Assembly (NCBI RefSeq): GCF_009914755.1
Contig: NC_060933.1
DNA length: 64,000 nucleotides
Strand: one strand, 5' to 3'
Origin: the human T2T-CHM13v2.0 reference genome, Homo sapiens
Shown: piece by piece, positions 41,450-54,500 of the stretch
Layout: each line of letters starts with the position of its first letter
How positions within the stretch are numbered: position 1 is the first letter of the stretch
Translations under genes and position numbers: made by a program
Notes under the pieces: model-generated
Told to the model about the DNA's origin: nothing
Seen by the model: only the letters and a program-made list of their open reading frames with translations
Database searches by the model: none

Positions 41450-44400
41450 GGAATGCAATTGATTCAACTCGATTGCAATGGAATGGAATGGAATGGAATG
41501 GAATGGAATTGAATGGAATGGAATTAACCCGAATAGAATGGAATGGAATGGAATGGAATTGAACGGAAAGGAATGGAACGGAACGGAATGGAATGGAATG
41601 GAATGGTATGGAATGGAATGGAATGGTACGGAATAGAATGGAATGGAAAGAATTGGAATGGAATGGAATCGAACGGAATGGAATGGAATGGAATGGAATG
41701 GAATGGAATCAACCCGAGTGCAGGGGAATGTAATGGAACGGAATGTAATGGAATGGAATAATCCGGAATGGAGTGGAATGGAATGGAATGGAATCGAATG
41801 GAATGGAACCAACCCGATTGTGATGGAATGGAATGGAATGGAATGGAATGGAATGGAATTAACACGAATACAATGGAATGTAATGGAATGGAACGGAATG
41901 GAGTGGAATGGAATGGAATCAACCCGAGTGCAGGGGAATGCAATGGAATGGAATGCAATGGAATGGAATCATCCGGAATGGAATGGAATGGAATGGAATG
42001 CAAAGCAATGGAATCAACTCGATTGCAATGGAATGGAATGGAATGGAAAGGAATACATTGGAATCAACCCGAGTGGAATGGAATGGAAAGGACTGGAATG
42101 GAGTGGAATGGAATGGAATGGAAAGGAATGGAATCAACTCGATTGGAATGGAATGGAATGGAATGGAATGGAATGGAATGGAATTAACCCGAATAGAATG
42201 GAATGGAATGGAATGGAATGGAACGGAACAGAATGGAATGGAATGGAACGGAATGGAATAGAATGGAATGGAATGGAATGGAATGGAATGGAATCAACCC
42301 GACTGCAGGGGAATGGAATGGAATGGAATGCAATGGAATGGATTCAACTTGAATGGAATGGAAAGAATGGAATCAACACGAGTGGAATGGAATGGATTGG
42401 AATGGAATGGAATGGAATCAACCCGAGTACAGGGGAATGGAATGGAATGGAATGCAATGGAATGGAATCATCCGTAATGGAATGGAAAGGAATGGAATGG
42501 AATGGAATGGAATGGAATGGAATGGAATGGAATGGAATCAACTCGATTGCAATCGAATGGAATGGAATGGATTTAACCCGAATAGAATGGAATGGAATGG
42601 AACGGAACGGAAAGGAACGGAACGGAACGGAATGGAATGGAATGGAATGGAATGGAATGGAACGGAAAGGAATGGAATGGAATGGAATGGAATGGAATGG
42701 AATGGAATGGAATGGAATGGAATCAACGCGAGTGCAGGAGAATGGAATGGAATGGAATGCAATGGAATGGAATATTCCGGAATGGAATGGAATGGAATGG
42801 AATGGAATGGAATGGAATAAACCCGAGTGCAATGGAATGGAGTGGAATGGAATGGAATGGTATGGAACAACCCGAATGGAATGGAATGTAATGGAGAGTA
42901 AGGGAGTTGAATAGAATCAATCCGAATGGAATGGAATGGAATGGAACGGAATGGAATTGAATGGAATGGAATGGAATGCAATGGAATGGAATCAACCCGA
43001 GTGCAATGGATTGGAGAGGAATGGAATGGAATGGAATGGAAACTACCCGAATGTAATGGAATGTAATGGAGTGTAAGGGAATTGAATAGAATCAATCCGA
43101 ATGTAATGGAATGGAATGGAACGGAATGGAATGGAATGGAATGGAATGCAATGGAATGGAATCAACCCGAGTGCAATCGAATGGAATCGAATTGAATGGA
43201 GTGCAATGGAATGGATTCAACTTGAATGGAATGGAAAGAATGGAATCAACACGAGTGGAAGGACATGGATTGGAATGCAATGGAATGGAAACAACCCGAG
43301 TACAGGGGAATGGAATGGAATGGAATGCAATGGAATGGAATCATCCGTAATGGAATGGAAAGGAATGGAATGGAATGGAATGGAATGGAATTGAATGGAA
43401 TGGAATGGAATCAACACGATTGCAATCGAATGGAATGGAATGGAAATAACCGAATAGAATGGAATGGAATGGAATGGAACGGAACGGAACGGAATGGAAT
43501 GGAATGGAATGGAATGGAATGGAAAGGAATGGATTCTTCCGGAATGGAATGGAATGGAATGCAATGGATTCAACTCGATTGCAATGGAATGGAATAGAAT
43601 GGAATGGAATGGAATGGAATTAACCCGAATAAAATGGAATGGAAAGGAATGGAACGGAACGGAATGGAACGGAACGGAATGGAATGGAATGGAATGGAAT
43701 TGCATGGAATGGAATGGAATGGTACGGAATAGAATGGAATGGAAAGAATTCGAATGGAATGGAATCGAATGGAATGGAATGGAATGGAATGGAATCAACC
43801 CGAGTGCAGGGGAATGTAATGGAACGGAATGTAATGGAATGGAATCATCGGGAATGGAATGGAATACAATGGAAAGGAATGGAATGGAATGGAATGGAAC
43901 CAACTCGATTGTGATGGAATGGAATTGAATGGAATGGAATGGAATGCAATGGAATGGAATGGAATTAACCCGAATACAATGGAATGGAATGGCATGGAAC
44001 GGAATGGAGTGGAATGGAATGGAATCAACCCGAGTGCAGGAGAATGGAATGGAATGGAATGCAATGGAATGGAATCATCCGGAATGGAATGGAATGGAAT
44101 GGAATGCAAAGCAATGGAATCAACTCGATTGCAATGGAATGGAATGGAATGGAAAGGAATACATTGGAATCAACCCGAGTGGAATGGAAGGGAAAGGACT
44201 GGAATGGAGTGGAATGGAATGGAATGGAATGGAATGGAATGGAATTAACCCGAATAGAATGGAATGGAATGGAATGGAATGGAACGGAACGGAACGGAAT
44301 GGAATGGAATGGAATGGAATGGAATGGAATCAACCCGACTGCAGGGGAATGGAATGGAATGGAATGCAATGGAATGGATTCAACTTGAATGGAATGGAAA

Positions 44401-45560
44401 GAATGGAATCAACACGAGTGGAATGGCATGGATTGGAATGGAATGGAATGGAATCAACCCGAGTACAGGGGAATGGAATGGAATGGAATGCAATGGAATG
44501 GAATCATCCGTAATGGAAAGGAAAGGAATGGAATGGAATGGAATGGAATGGAATCAAATCGATTGCAATCGAATGGAATGGAATGGAATTAACCCGAATA
44601 GAATGGAATGGAGTGGAATGGAATGGAACGGAGCGGAACGGAACGGAATGGCATGGAATGGAATGGAATGGAATGGAATGGAATGGAACGGAAAGGAATG
44701 GAATGGAATGGAATGGAATGGAATGGAATGGAATGGAATGAACGCGAGTGCAGGGGAATGGAATGGAATGGAATGCAATGGAATGGAATCTTCTGGAATG
44801 GAATGGAATGGAATGGAATGGAATGCAATGGAATAAACCTTAGTGCAATGGAATGGAGTGGAATGGAATGGAATTGAATGGAACAACCCGAATGGAATGG
44901 AATGTAATGGAGAGTAATGGAGTTGAATAGAATCAATCCGAATGTAATGGAATGGAATGGAACGGAATGGAATTGAATGGAATGGAATGGAATGCAATGG
45001 AATGGAATCAACCCGAGTGCAATGGAATGGAGAGGAATGGAATGGAATGGAATGGAAACTACCCGAATGGAATGGAATGTAATGGAGTGTAAAGGAATTG
45101 AATAGAATCAATCCGAATGTAATGGAATGGAATGGAACGGAATGGAATGGAATGGAATGCAATGGAATGGAATGGAATGCAATGGAATGGAATCAACCCG
45201 AGTGCAATCGAATGGAATCGAATGGAATGGAATGCAATGGAATGGATTCAACTTGAATGGAATGGAAAGAATGGAATCAACACGACTGGAATGGCATGGA
45301 TTGGAATGCAATGGAATGGAATCAACCCGAGTACAGGGGAATGGAATGGAATGGAATGCAATGGAATGGAATCATCCGTAATGGAAAGGAAAGGAATGGA
45401 ATGGAATGGAATGGAATGGAATCAAATCGATTGCAATCGAATGGAATGGAATGGAATTAACCCGAATAGAATGGAATGGAGTGGAATGGAATGGAACGGA
45501 GCGGAACGGAACGGAATGGCATGGAATGGAATGGAATGGAATGGAATGGAATGGAACGGA
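41450..45560 (+). repeat. More diverged tandem duplication, ~2.0-2.1 kb unit
   Basis: The rare word GAACCAAC(C/T)CGATTGTGATGG lies at ~41806 and ~43897. ORF pairs 42538/44554, 43092/45108 and 43111/45127 are offset by 2016. Shared variant GATTGGAATGCAATGG. Confidence 0.7.
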
Positions 45561-48500
45561 ACGGAACGGAATGGAATGGAATGGAATGGAATGGAATCAA
45601 CCCGACTGCAGGGGAATGGAATGGAATGGAATGCAATGGAATGGATTCAACTTGAATGGAATGGAAAGAATGGAATCAACACGAGTGGAATGGCATGGAT
45701 TGGTATGGAATGGAATGGAATCAACCCGAGTACAGGGGAATGGTATGGAATGGAATGCAATGGAATGGAATCATCTGTAATGGAATGGAAAGGAATGGAA
45801 TGGAATGGAATGGAATGGAGTGGAATGGAATGGAATCAACTCGATTGCAATCGAATGGAATGGAATGGAATTAACCCGAATAGAATGGAATGGAATGGAA
45901 TGGAACGGAACGGAATGGAATGGAATGGAATGGAACGGAACGGAATGGAATGGATGGAATGGAATGGAATGGAATGGAATGGAATCAACGCGAGTGCAGC
46001 GGAATGGAATGGAATGGAATGCAATGGAATGGAATCTTCCGGAATGGAATGGAATGGAATGGAATGGAATGAAATGCAATTGATTCAACTCGATTGCAAT
46101 GGAATGGAATAGAATGGAATGGAATGGAATAGAATGGAATGGAATTAACCCGAATAGAATGGAATGGAAAGGAATGGAACGGAATGGAACGGAATGGAAT
46201 GGAATGGAATGGAATGGAATGGAATGGAATGGAATGTTATGGAATGGAATGGAATGGTACGGAATAGAATGGAATGGAACGAATTGTAATGGAATGGAAT
46301 TGAATGGAATGGAATGGAATGGAATGGAATCAACGCGAGTGCAGGGGAATGGAATGGAACGGAATGCAATGGAATGGAATCATCCGGAATGGAATGGAAA
46401 GGAATGGAATGGAATGGAATCAACCCGAGTGCAATGGAATGGAGTGGAATGGAATGGAATGGAATGGAACAACCCGAATGGAATGGAATGTAATGGAGAG
46501 TAAGGGAGTTGAATAGAATCAACCCGAATGTAATGGAATGGAATGGAACGGAATGGAATGGAATGGAATGGAATGGAATGGAATGGAATGGAATGGAATG
46601 CAATGGAATGGAATCAACCCGAGTACAATGGAATGGAATGGAATGGAATGGAATGGAATGGAATGGAATGCCTTCAAACCGAATGGAATGGAAAGGAATG
46701 GAATCAACACGAGTGGAATGGAATGGAATGGAATGGAATGGAATGGAATGGAATGATACGGAACAGAATGGAATGGAACGAAATGGAATGGAATGGAATG
46801 GAATGGAATGGAATGGAATGGAATGGAATCGTTCCGAGTGGAATAGCAGGGAATGTATTCGAGTGGAATGGAAAGGAATGGAATCAACCAGAGTGGAATG
46901 GAAGGGAATGGAATGGAATGGAAACTAATAGAATGGAATCAACCCTAGTGGAATGGAATGGAAAGGACTGGAATGGAAAGGAATGGAATGGAATGGAATG
47001 GAATGGAAACTAATAGAATGGAATCAACCCTAGTGGAATGGAATGGAAAAGACTGGAATGGAAAGGAGTGGAATGGAATGGAATGGAATGGAATGGAATG
47101 GAATCAACCCGAGTGCAGGGGAATGGAATGGAACGGAATGCAATGGAATGGAATCATCCGGAATGGAATGGAATGGAATGGAGTGGAATCAACCCGAGTG
47201 CAATGGAATGGAGTCGAATGGAATGGAATGGAATGGAACAACCCGAATGGAATGGAATGTAATGGAGAGTAAGGGACTTGAAAATAATCAATCCGAATGT
47301 ACTGGAATGGAATGGAACGGAATGGAATGGAATGGAATGGAAGGGAATGGAATGGAATGCAATGGAATGGAATCAACCCGAGTACAATGGAATGGAATGG
47401 AATGGAATGGAATGGAATGGAATGGAATGGAATGCAATGGATTGGAATCTTCCGGAATGGAATGGAATGGAATGGAATGGAATGCAATGGATTCAACTCG
47501 ATTGCAATGGAATGGAATAGAATGGAATGGAATGGAATGGAATGGAATGGAATTAAACCGAATAGAATGGAATGGAATGGAATGGAACGGAACGGAACGG
47601 AACGGAATGGAACGGAGTGGAATGGAATGGAATGGAATTGTATGGAATGGAATGGAATGGTACGGAATAGAATGGAATGGAAAGATTTGGAATGGAATGG
47701 AATCGAATGGAAAGGAATGGAATGGAATGGAATCAACCCGAGTGCGGGGGAATGTAATGGAACGGAATGCAAAGGAATGGAATCATCCGGAATGGAATGG
47801 AATGGAATGGAATGGAATGGAATCAATCCGAGTGCAATGGAATGGAGTGGAATGGAATGGAATGGAATGGAACAACCCGAATGGAATGGAATTTAATGGA
47901 GAGTAAGGGAGTTGAATAGAATCAATCCGAATGTAATGGAATGGAATGCAACGGAATGGAATGGAATGGAATGGAAAGGAATGCAATGGAATGGAATCAA
48001 CCCGAGTACAATGGAATGGAATGGACTGGAATGGAATGGAATGGAATGGAATGGAATGGAATGGAATGCCTTCAAACCGAATGGAATGGAAAGGAATGAA
48101 TTCAACACGAGTGGAATGGAATGGAAAGGAATGGAATGGAATGATACGGAATAGAATGGAATGGAACGAAATGGAATGGAATGGAATGGAATGGAATGGA
48201 ATGGAATGGAATGGAATGGAATGGAATGGAATCGTTCCGAGTGGAATAGGAGGGAATGTATTCGAGTGGAATGGAAAGGAATGGAATCAACCAGAGTGGA
48301 ATGGAAGGGAATGGAATGGAATGGAAACTAATAGAATGGAATCAACCCGAGTGGAATGGAATGGAAAGGACTGGAATGGAAAGGAATGGAATGGAATGGA
48401 ATGGAATGGAATGGAATGGAATCAACGCGAGTGCAGGGGAATGGAATGGAATCGAATGGAATGGAATGGAATGGAATGGAATCAACCCGATTGCAGGGGA

Positions 48501-51500
48501 ATGTAATGGAACAGAATGCAATGGAATGGAATCATCCGGAATGGAATGCAATGGAATGGAATGGAATCAACCCGAGTGCAATGGAATGGAGTGGAATGGA
48601 ATGGAATGGAATGGAACAATCCGAATGGAATGGAATGTAATGGAGAGTAAGGGAGTTGAAAAGAATCAATCCGAATGTAATGGAATGGAACTGAATGGAA
48701 TGGAATGGAATGGAATGGAATGGAATGCAATGGAATGGAATCAACCCGAGTACAGTGGAATGGAATGGAATGGAATGGAATGGAATGGAATGGAATGGAA
48801 TCATACGGAATAAAATGGAATGGAACGAAATGGAATGGAATGGAATGGAATGGAATGGAATGGAATGGAATCGTTCCAAGTGGAATAGGAGGGAATGTAC
48901 TCGAGTGGAATGGAAAGGAATGGAATCAACCAGAGTGGAATGGAAGGGAATGGAATGGAATGGAACTAATAGAATGGAATCAACCCGAGTGGAATGGAAT
49001 GGAAAGGACTGGAATGGAATGGAATGGAATGGAATCAACTCGATTGTAATGGAATGGAATGGAATGGAATGGAATGGAATGGAATGGAATGGAATTGAAA
49101 GGAATGGAATGGAATCAACCCGAGTGCAATGGAATGGAGTGGAATGGAATGGAATGGAATGGAACAACCCGAATGGAATGGAGTGGAATGGAGAGTAAGG
49201 GAGTTGAATAGAATCAATCCGAATGTAATGGAATTGAATGGAACGGAATGGAATTGAATGGAATGGAATGGAATGCAATGGAATGGAATCAACCCGAGTG
49301 CAATGGAATGGAGGGGAATGGAATGGAATGGAATGGAAACTACCCGAATGGAATGGAATGTAATGCAGTGTAAGGGAATTGAATAGAATCAATCCGAATG
49401 TAATGGAATGGAATGGAACGGAATGGAATGGAATGGAATGGAATGGAATGGAATGGAATGGAATGCAATGGAATGGAATCAACCCGAGTGCAATCGAATG
49501 GAATCAAATTGAATGGAATGCAATGGAATGGATTCAACTTGAATGGAATGGAAAGAATGGAATCAACACGAGTGGAATGGCATGGATTGGAATGGAATGG
49601 AATGGAATCAACCCGAGTACAGGGGAATGGAATGGAATGGAATGCAATGGAATGGAATCATCCGTAATGGAATGGAAAGGAATGGAATGGAATGGAATGG
49701 AATGGAATGGAATGGAATGGAATCAACTCGATTGCAATCGAATGGAATGGAATGGAATTAACCCGAATAGAATGGAATGGAATGGAATGGAACGGAACGG
49801 AATGGAATGGAATGGAATGGAACGGAACGGAATGGAATGGAATGGAATGGAATCAACGCGAGTGCAGGGGAATGGAATGGAATGGAATGCAATGGAATGG
49901 AAACTTCCGGAATGGAATGGAATGGAATGGAATGGAATGAAATGCAATGGATTCAACTCGATTGCAATGGAATGGAATAGAATGGAATGGAATGGAATGG
50001 AATGGAATGGAATTAATCCGAATAGAATGGAATGGAATGGAATGGAAAGGAATGGAACGGAATGGAATGGAATGGAATGGAATGGCATGGAATGTAATGG
50101 AATGGTACGGAATAGAATAGAATGGAACGAATTGTAATGGAATGGAATTGAATGGAATGGAATGGAATGGAATGGAATCAAAGCGAGTGCAGGGGAATGT
50201 AATGGAACGGAATGCAATGGAATGGAATCATCCGGAATGGAATGGAATGGAATGGAATGGAATGGAACAACCCGAGTGCAATGGAATGGAGTGGAATGGA
50301 ATGGAATGGCATGGAACAACCCGAATGGAATGGAATGTAATGGAGAGTAAGGGAGTTGAATAGAATCAATCCGAATGTAATGGAATGGAATGCAACGGAA
50401 TGGAATGGAATGGAATGGAATGGAATGGAATGGAATGCAATGGAATGGAATCAACCCGAGTACAATGGAATGGAATGGAATGGAATGGAATGGAATGGAA
50501 TGGAATGATACGGAATGGAATGGAATGGAACGAAATGGAATGGAATGGAATGGAATGGAATGGAATGGAATGGAATGGAATGGAATGGAATCGTTCCGAG
50601 TGGAATAGGAGGGAATGTATTCGAGTGGAATGGAAAGGAATGGAATCAACCAGAGTGGAATGGAAGGGAATGGAATGGAATGGAAACTAATAGAATGGAA
50701 TCAACCCGAGTGGAATGGAATGTAAAGGACTGGAATGGAATGGAATGGAATGGAATAAAGTCGATTGTAATGGAATGGAATGGAATGGAATGGAATGGAA
50801 TGGAACTATCCCGAATACAATGGAATGTAATGGAATGGAACGGAATGGAGTGGAATGGAATGGAATCAACCGGAGTGCAGGGGAATGGAATGGAATGCAA
50901 TGCAATGGAATGGAATCATCCGGAATGGAATGGAATGGAATGGAATGCAAAGCAATGGAATCAACTCGATTGCAATGGAATGGAATGGAATGGAAAGGAA
51001 TACATTGGAATCAACCCGAATGGAATGGAATGGAAAGGACTGGAATGGAGTGGAATGGAATGGAATGGAATGGAATGGAATCAACTCGATTGGAATGGAA
51101 TGGAATGCAATGGAATGTAATTAACCCGAATAGAATGGAATGGAATGGAATGGAACGGAACGGAATGGAATGGAATGGAATGGAATGGAATGGAATGGAA
51201 TGGAATCAACCCGACTGCAGGGGAATGGAATGGAATGGAATGCAATGGAATGGATTCACCTTGAATGGAATGGAAAGAATGGAATCAACACGAGTGGAAT
51301 GGCATGGATTGGAATAGAATGGAATGGAATCAACCCGAGTACAGGGGAATGAAATGGAATGGAATGCAATGGAATGGAATCATCCGTAATGGAATGGAAA
51401 GGAAGGGAATGGAATGGAATGGAATGGAATAGAATGGAATGGAATCAACTCCATTGCAATCGAATGGAATGGAATGGAATTAACCCGAATAGAATGGAAT

Positions 51501-54500
51501 GGAATGGAATGGAACGGAACGGAATGGAATGGAATGGAATGGAATGGAATGGAATGGAACGGAACTTAATGGAATGGAATGGAATGGAATGGAATGGAAT
51601 GGAATGGAATCAACGCGAGTGCAGGGGAATGGAATGGAATGGAATGCAATGGAATGGAATCTTCCGGAATGGAATGGAATGGAATGGAATGGAATGAAAT
51701 GCAATGGATTCAACTCGATTGCAATGGAATGGAATAGAATGGAATGGAATGGAATGGAATGGAGTTAATCCGAATAGAATGGAATGGAATGGAATGGAAC
51801 GGAATGGAACGGAATGGAATGGAATGGAATGGAATGGAATGCTATGGAATGGAATGGAATGGTACGGAATAGAATGGAATGGAACGAATTGTAATGGAAT
51901 GGAATTGAATGGAATGGAATGGAATCAACGCGAGTGCAGGGGAATGTAATGGAACGGAATGCAATGGAATGGAATCATCCGGAATGGAATGGAATGGAAT
52001 GGAATCAACCCGAGTGCAGTGGAATGGAGTGGAATGGAATGGAATGGAATGGAACAACCCGAATGGAATGGAATGTAATGGAGAGTAAGGTAGTTGAATA
52101 GAATCAATCCGAATGTAATGGAATGGAATGCAACGGAATGGAATGGAATGGAATGGAATGGAATGGAATGGAATGCAATGGAATTGAATCAACCCGAGTA
52201 CAATGCAATGGAATGGAATGGAATGGAATGGAATGGAATGGAATGGAATGGAATCGTTCCGAGTGGAATAGGAGGGAATGTATTCGAGTGGAATGGAAAG
52301 GAATGGAATCAACCAGAGTGGAATGGAAGGGAATGGAATGGAATGGAAACTAATAGAATGGAATCAACCCGAGAGGAATGGAATGGAAAGGACTGGAATG
52401 GAATGGAATGGAATGGAATCAAGTCGATTGTAATGGAATGGAATGGAATGGAATGGAATACATTGGAATCAACCCGAGTGGAATGGAATGGAAAGGACTG
52501 GAATGGAGTGGAATGGAATGGAATGGAATGGAATGGAATCAACTCGATTGGAATGGAATGGAATGGAATGGAATGGAATGGAATGGAATGGAATTCACCC
52601 GAATAGAATGGAATGGAATGGAATGGAATGGAACGGAACGGAATGGAATGGAATGGAATGGAACGGAAACAACCCGACTGCAGGGGAATGGAATGGAATG
52701 GAATGCAATGGAATGGATTCAACTTGAATGGAATGGAAAGAATGGAATCAACACGAGTGGAATGGCATGGATTGGAATGGAATGGAATGGAATCAACCCG
52801 AGTACAGGGGAATGGTATGGAATGGAATGCAATGGAATGGAATCATCCGTAATGGAATGGAAAGGAATGGAATGGAATGGAATGGAATGGAGTGGAATGG
52901 AATGGAATCAACTCGATTGCAATCGAATGGAATGGAATGGAATCAACCCGAGTACAATGGAATGGAATGGAATGGAACGGAACGGAATGGAATGGAATGG
53001 AATGGAATGGAATGGAATCAACGCGAGTGCAGGGGAATGGAATGGAATGGAATGCAATGGAATGGAATCTTCCGGAATGGAATGGAATGGAATGCAATGG
53101 ATTCAACTCGATTGCAATGGAATGGAATAGAATGGAATGGAATGTAATGGAATGGAATTAACCCGAATAAAATGGAATGGAATGGAATGGAACGAAAGAA
53201 CGGAACGGAATGGAATGGAATGGAATGGAATGGAATGGAATGGAATGGTATGGAATGGAATGGAATGGTACGGAATAGAATGGAATGGAAAGAATTGGAA
53301 TGGAATGGAATCGAATGGAATGGAATGGAATGGAATGGAATCAACCCGAGTGCAGGGGAATGTAATGGAACGGAATGTAATGGAATGGAAGCATCCGGAA
53401 TGGAATGGAATGGAATGGAATGGAATGGAATGGAATGGAACCAACTCGATTGTGATGGAATGGAATGGAATGGAATGGAATGGAATGGAATTAACCCGAA
53501 TACAATGGAATGGAATGGAAAGGAACGGAATGGAGTGGAATGGAATGGAATCAACCAGAGTGCAGTGGAATGCAATGGAATGGAATGCAATGGAATGCAA
53601 TCATCCGGAATGGAATGGAATGGAATGGAATGCAAAGCATTGGAATCAACTCGATTGCAATGGAATGGAATGGAATGGAAACGAATACATTGGAATCAAC
53701 CCGAGTGGAATGGAATGGAAAGGACTGGAATGGAGTGGAATGGAATGGAATGGAATCAACTCGATTGGAATGGAATGGAATGGAATGGAATGGAATGGAA
53801 TTAACCCGAATAGAATGGAATCGAATGGAATGGAATGGAACGTAACGGAACGGAATGGAATGGAATGGAATGGAATGGAATGGAATGGAATGGAACAGAA
53901 AGGAATGGAATGGAATGGAATGGAATGGAATGGAATGGAATCAACGCGAGTGCAGGGGAATGGAATGGAATGGAATGCAATGGAATGGAATCTTCCGGAA
54001 TGGAATAGAATGGAATAGAATGGAATGGAATGGAATGGAATCAACCCGAGTGCAATGGAATGGAGTGGAATTGAATGGAATGGAATGGAACAACCCGAAT
54101 GGAATGGAATGTAATGGAGACTAAGGGAGATGAATAGAAGAAATCCGAATGTAATGGAATGGAATGGAACGGAATGGATTTGAATGGAATGGAATGGAAT
54201 GCAATGGAATGGAATCAACCCGAGTGCAAAGGAATGGAGAGGAATGGAATGGAATGGAATGGAAACTACCCGAATGGAATGGAATGTAATGGAGTGTAAG
54301 GGAATTGAATAGAATCAATCCGAATGTAATGGAATGGAATGGAACGGAATGGAATGGAATGGAATGGAATGGAATGGAATGCAATGGAATGGAATCAACC
54401 CGAGTGCAATCGAATGGAATCGAATGGAATGGAATGCAATGGAATGGATTCAACTTGAATGGAATGGAAAGAATGGAATCAACACGAGTGGAAGGGCATG

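Noticed and set aside
41643-42914. Longest ORF (423 aa); its WNGME repeat resembles the pentapeptide product described for the SCA31 (TGGAA)n expansion
   Set aside because: This is the expected tail of chance ORF lengths in this repeat. There is no evidence of translation, and only ribosome profiling or proteomics could change that.
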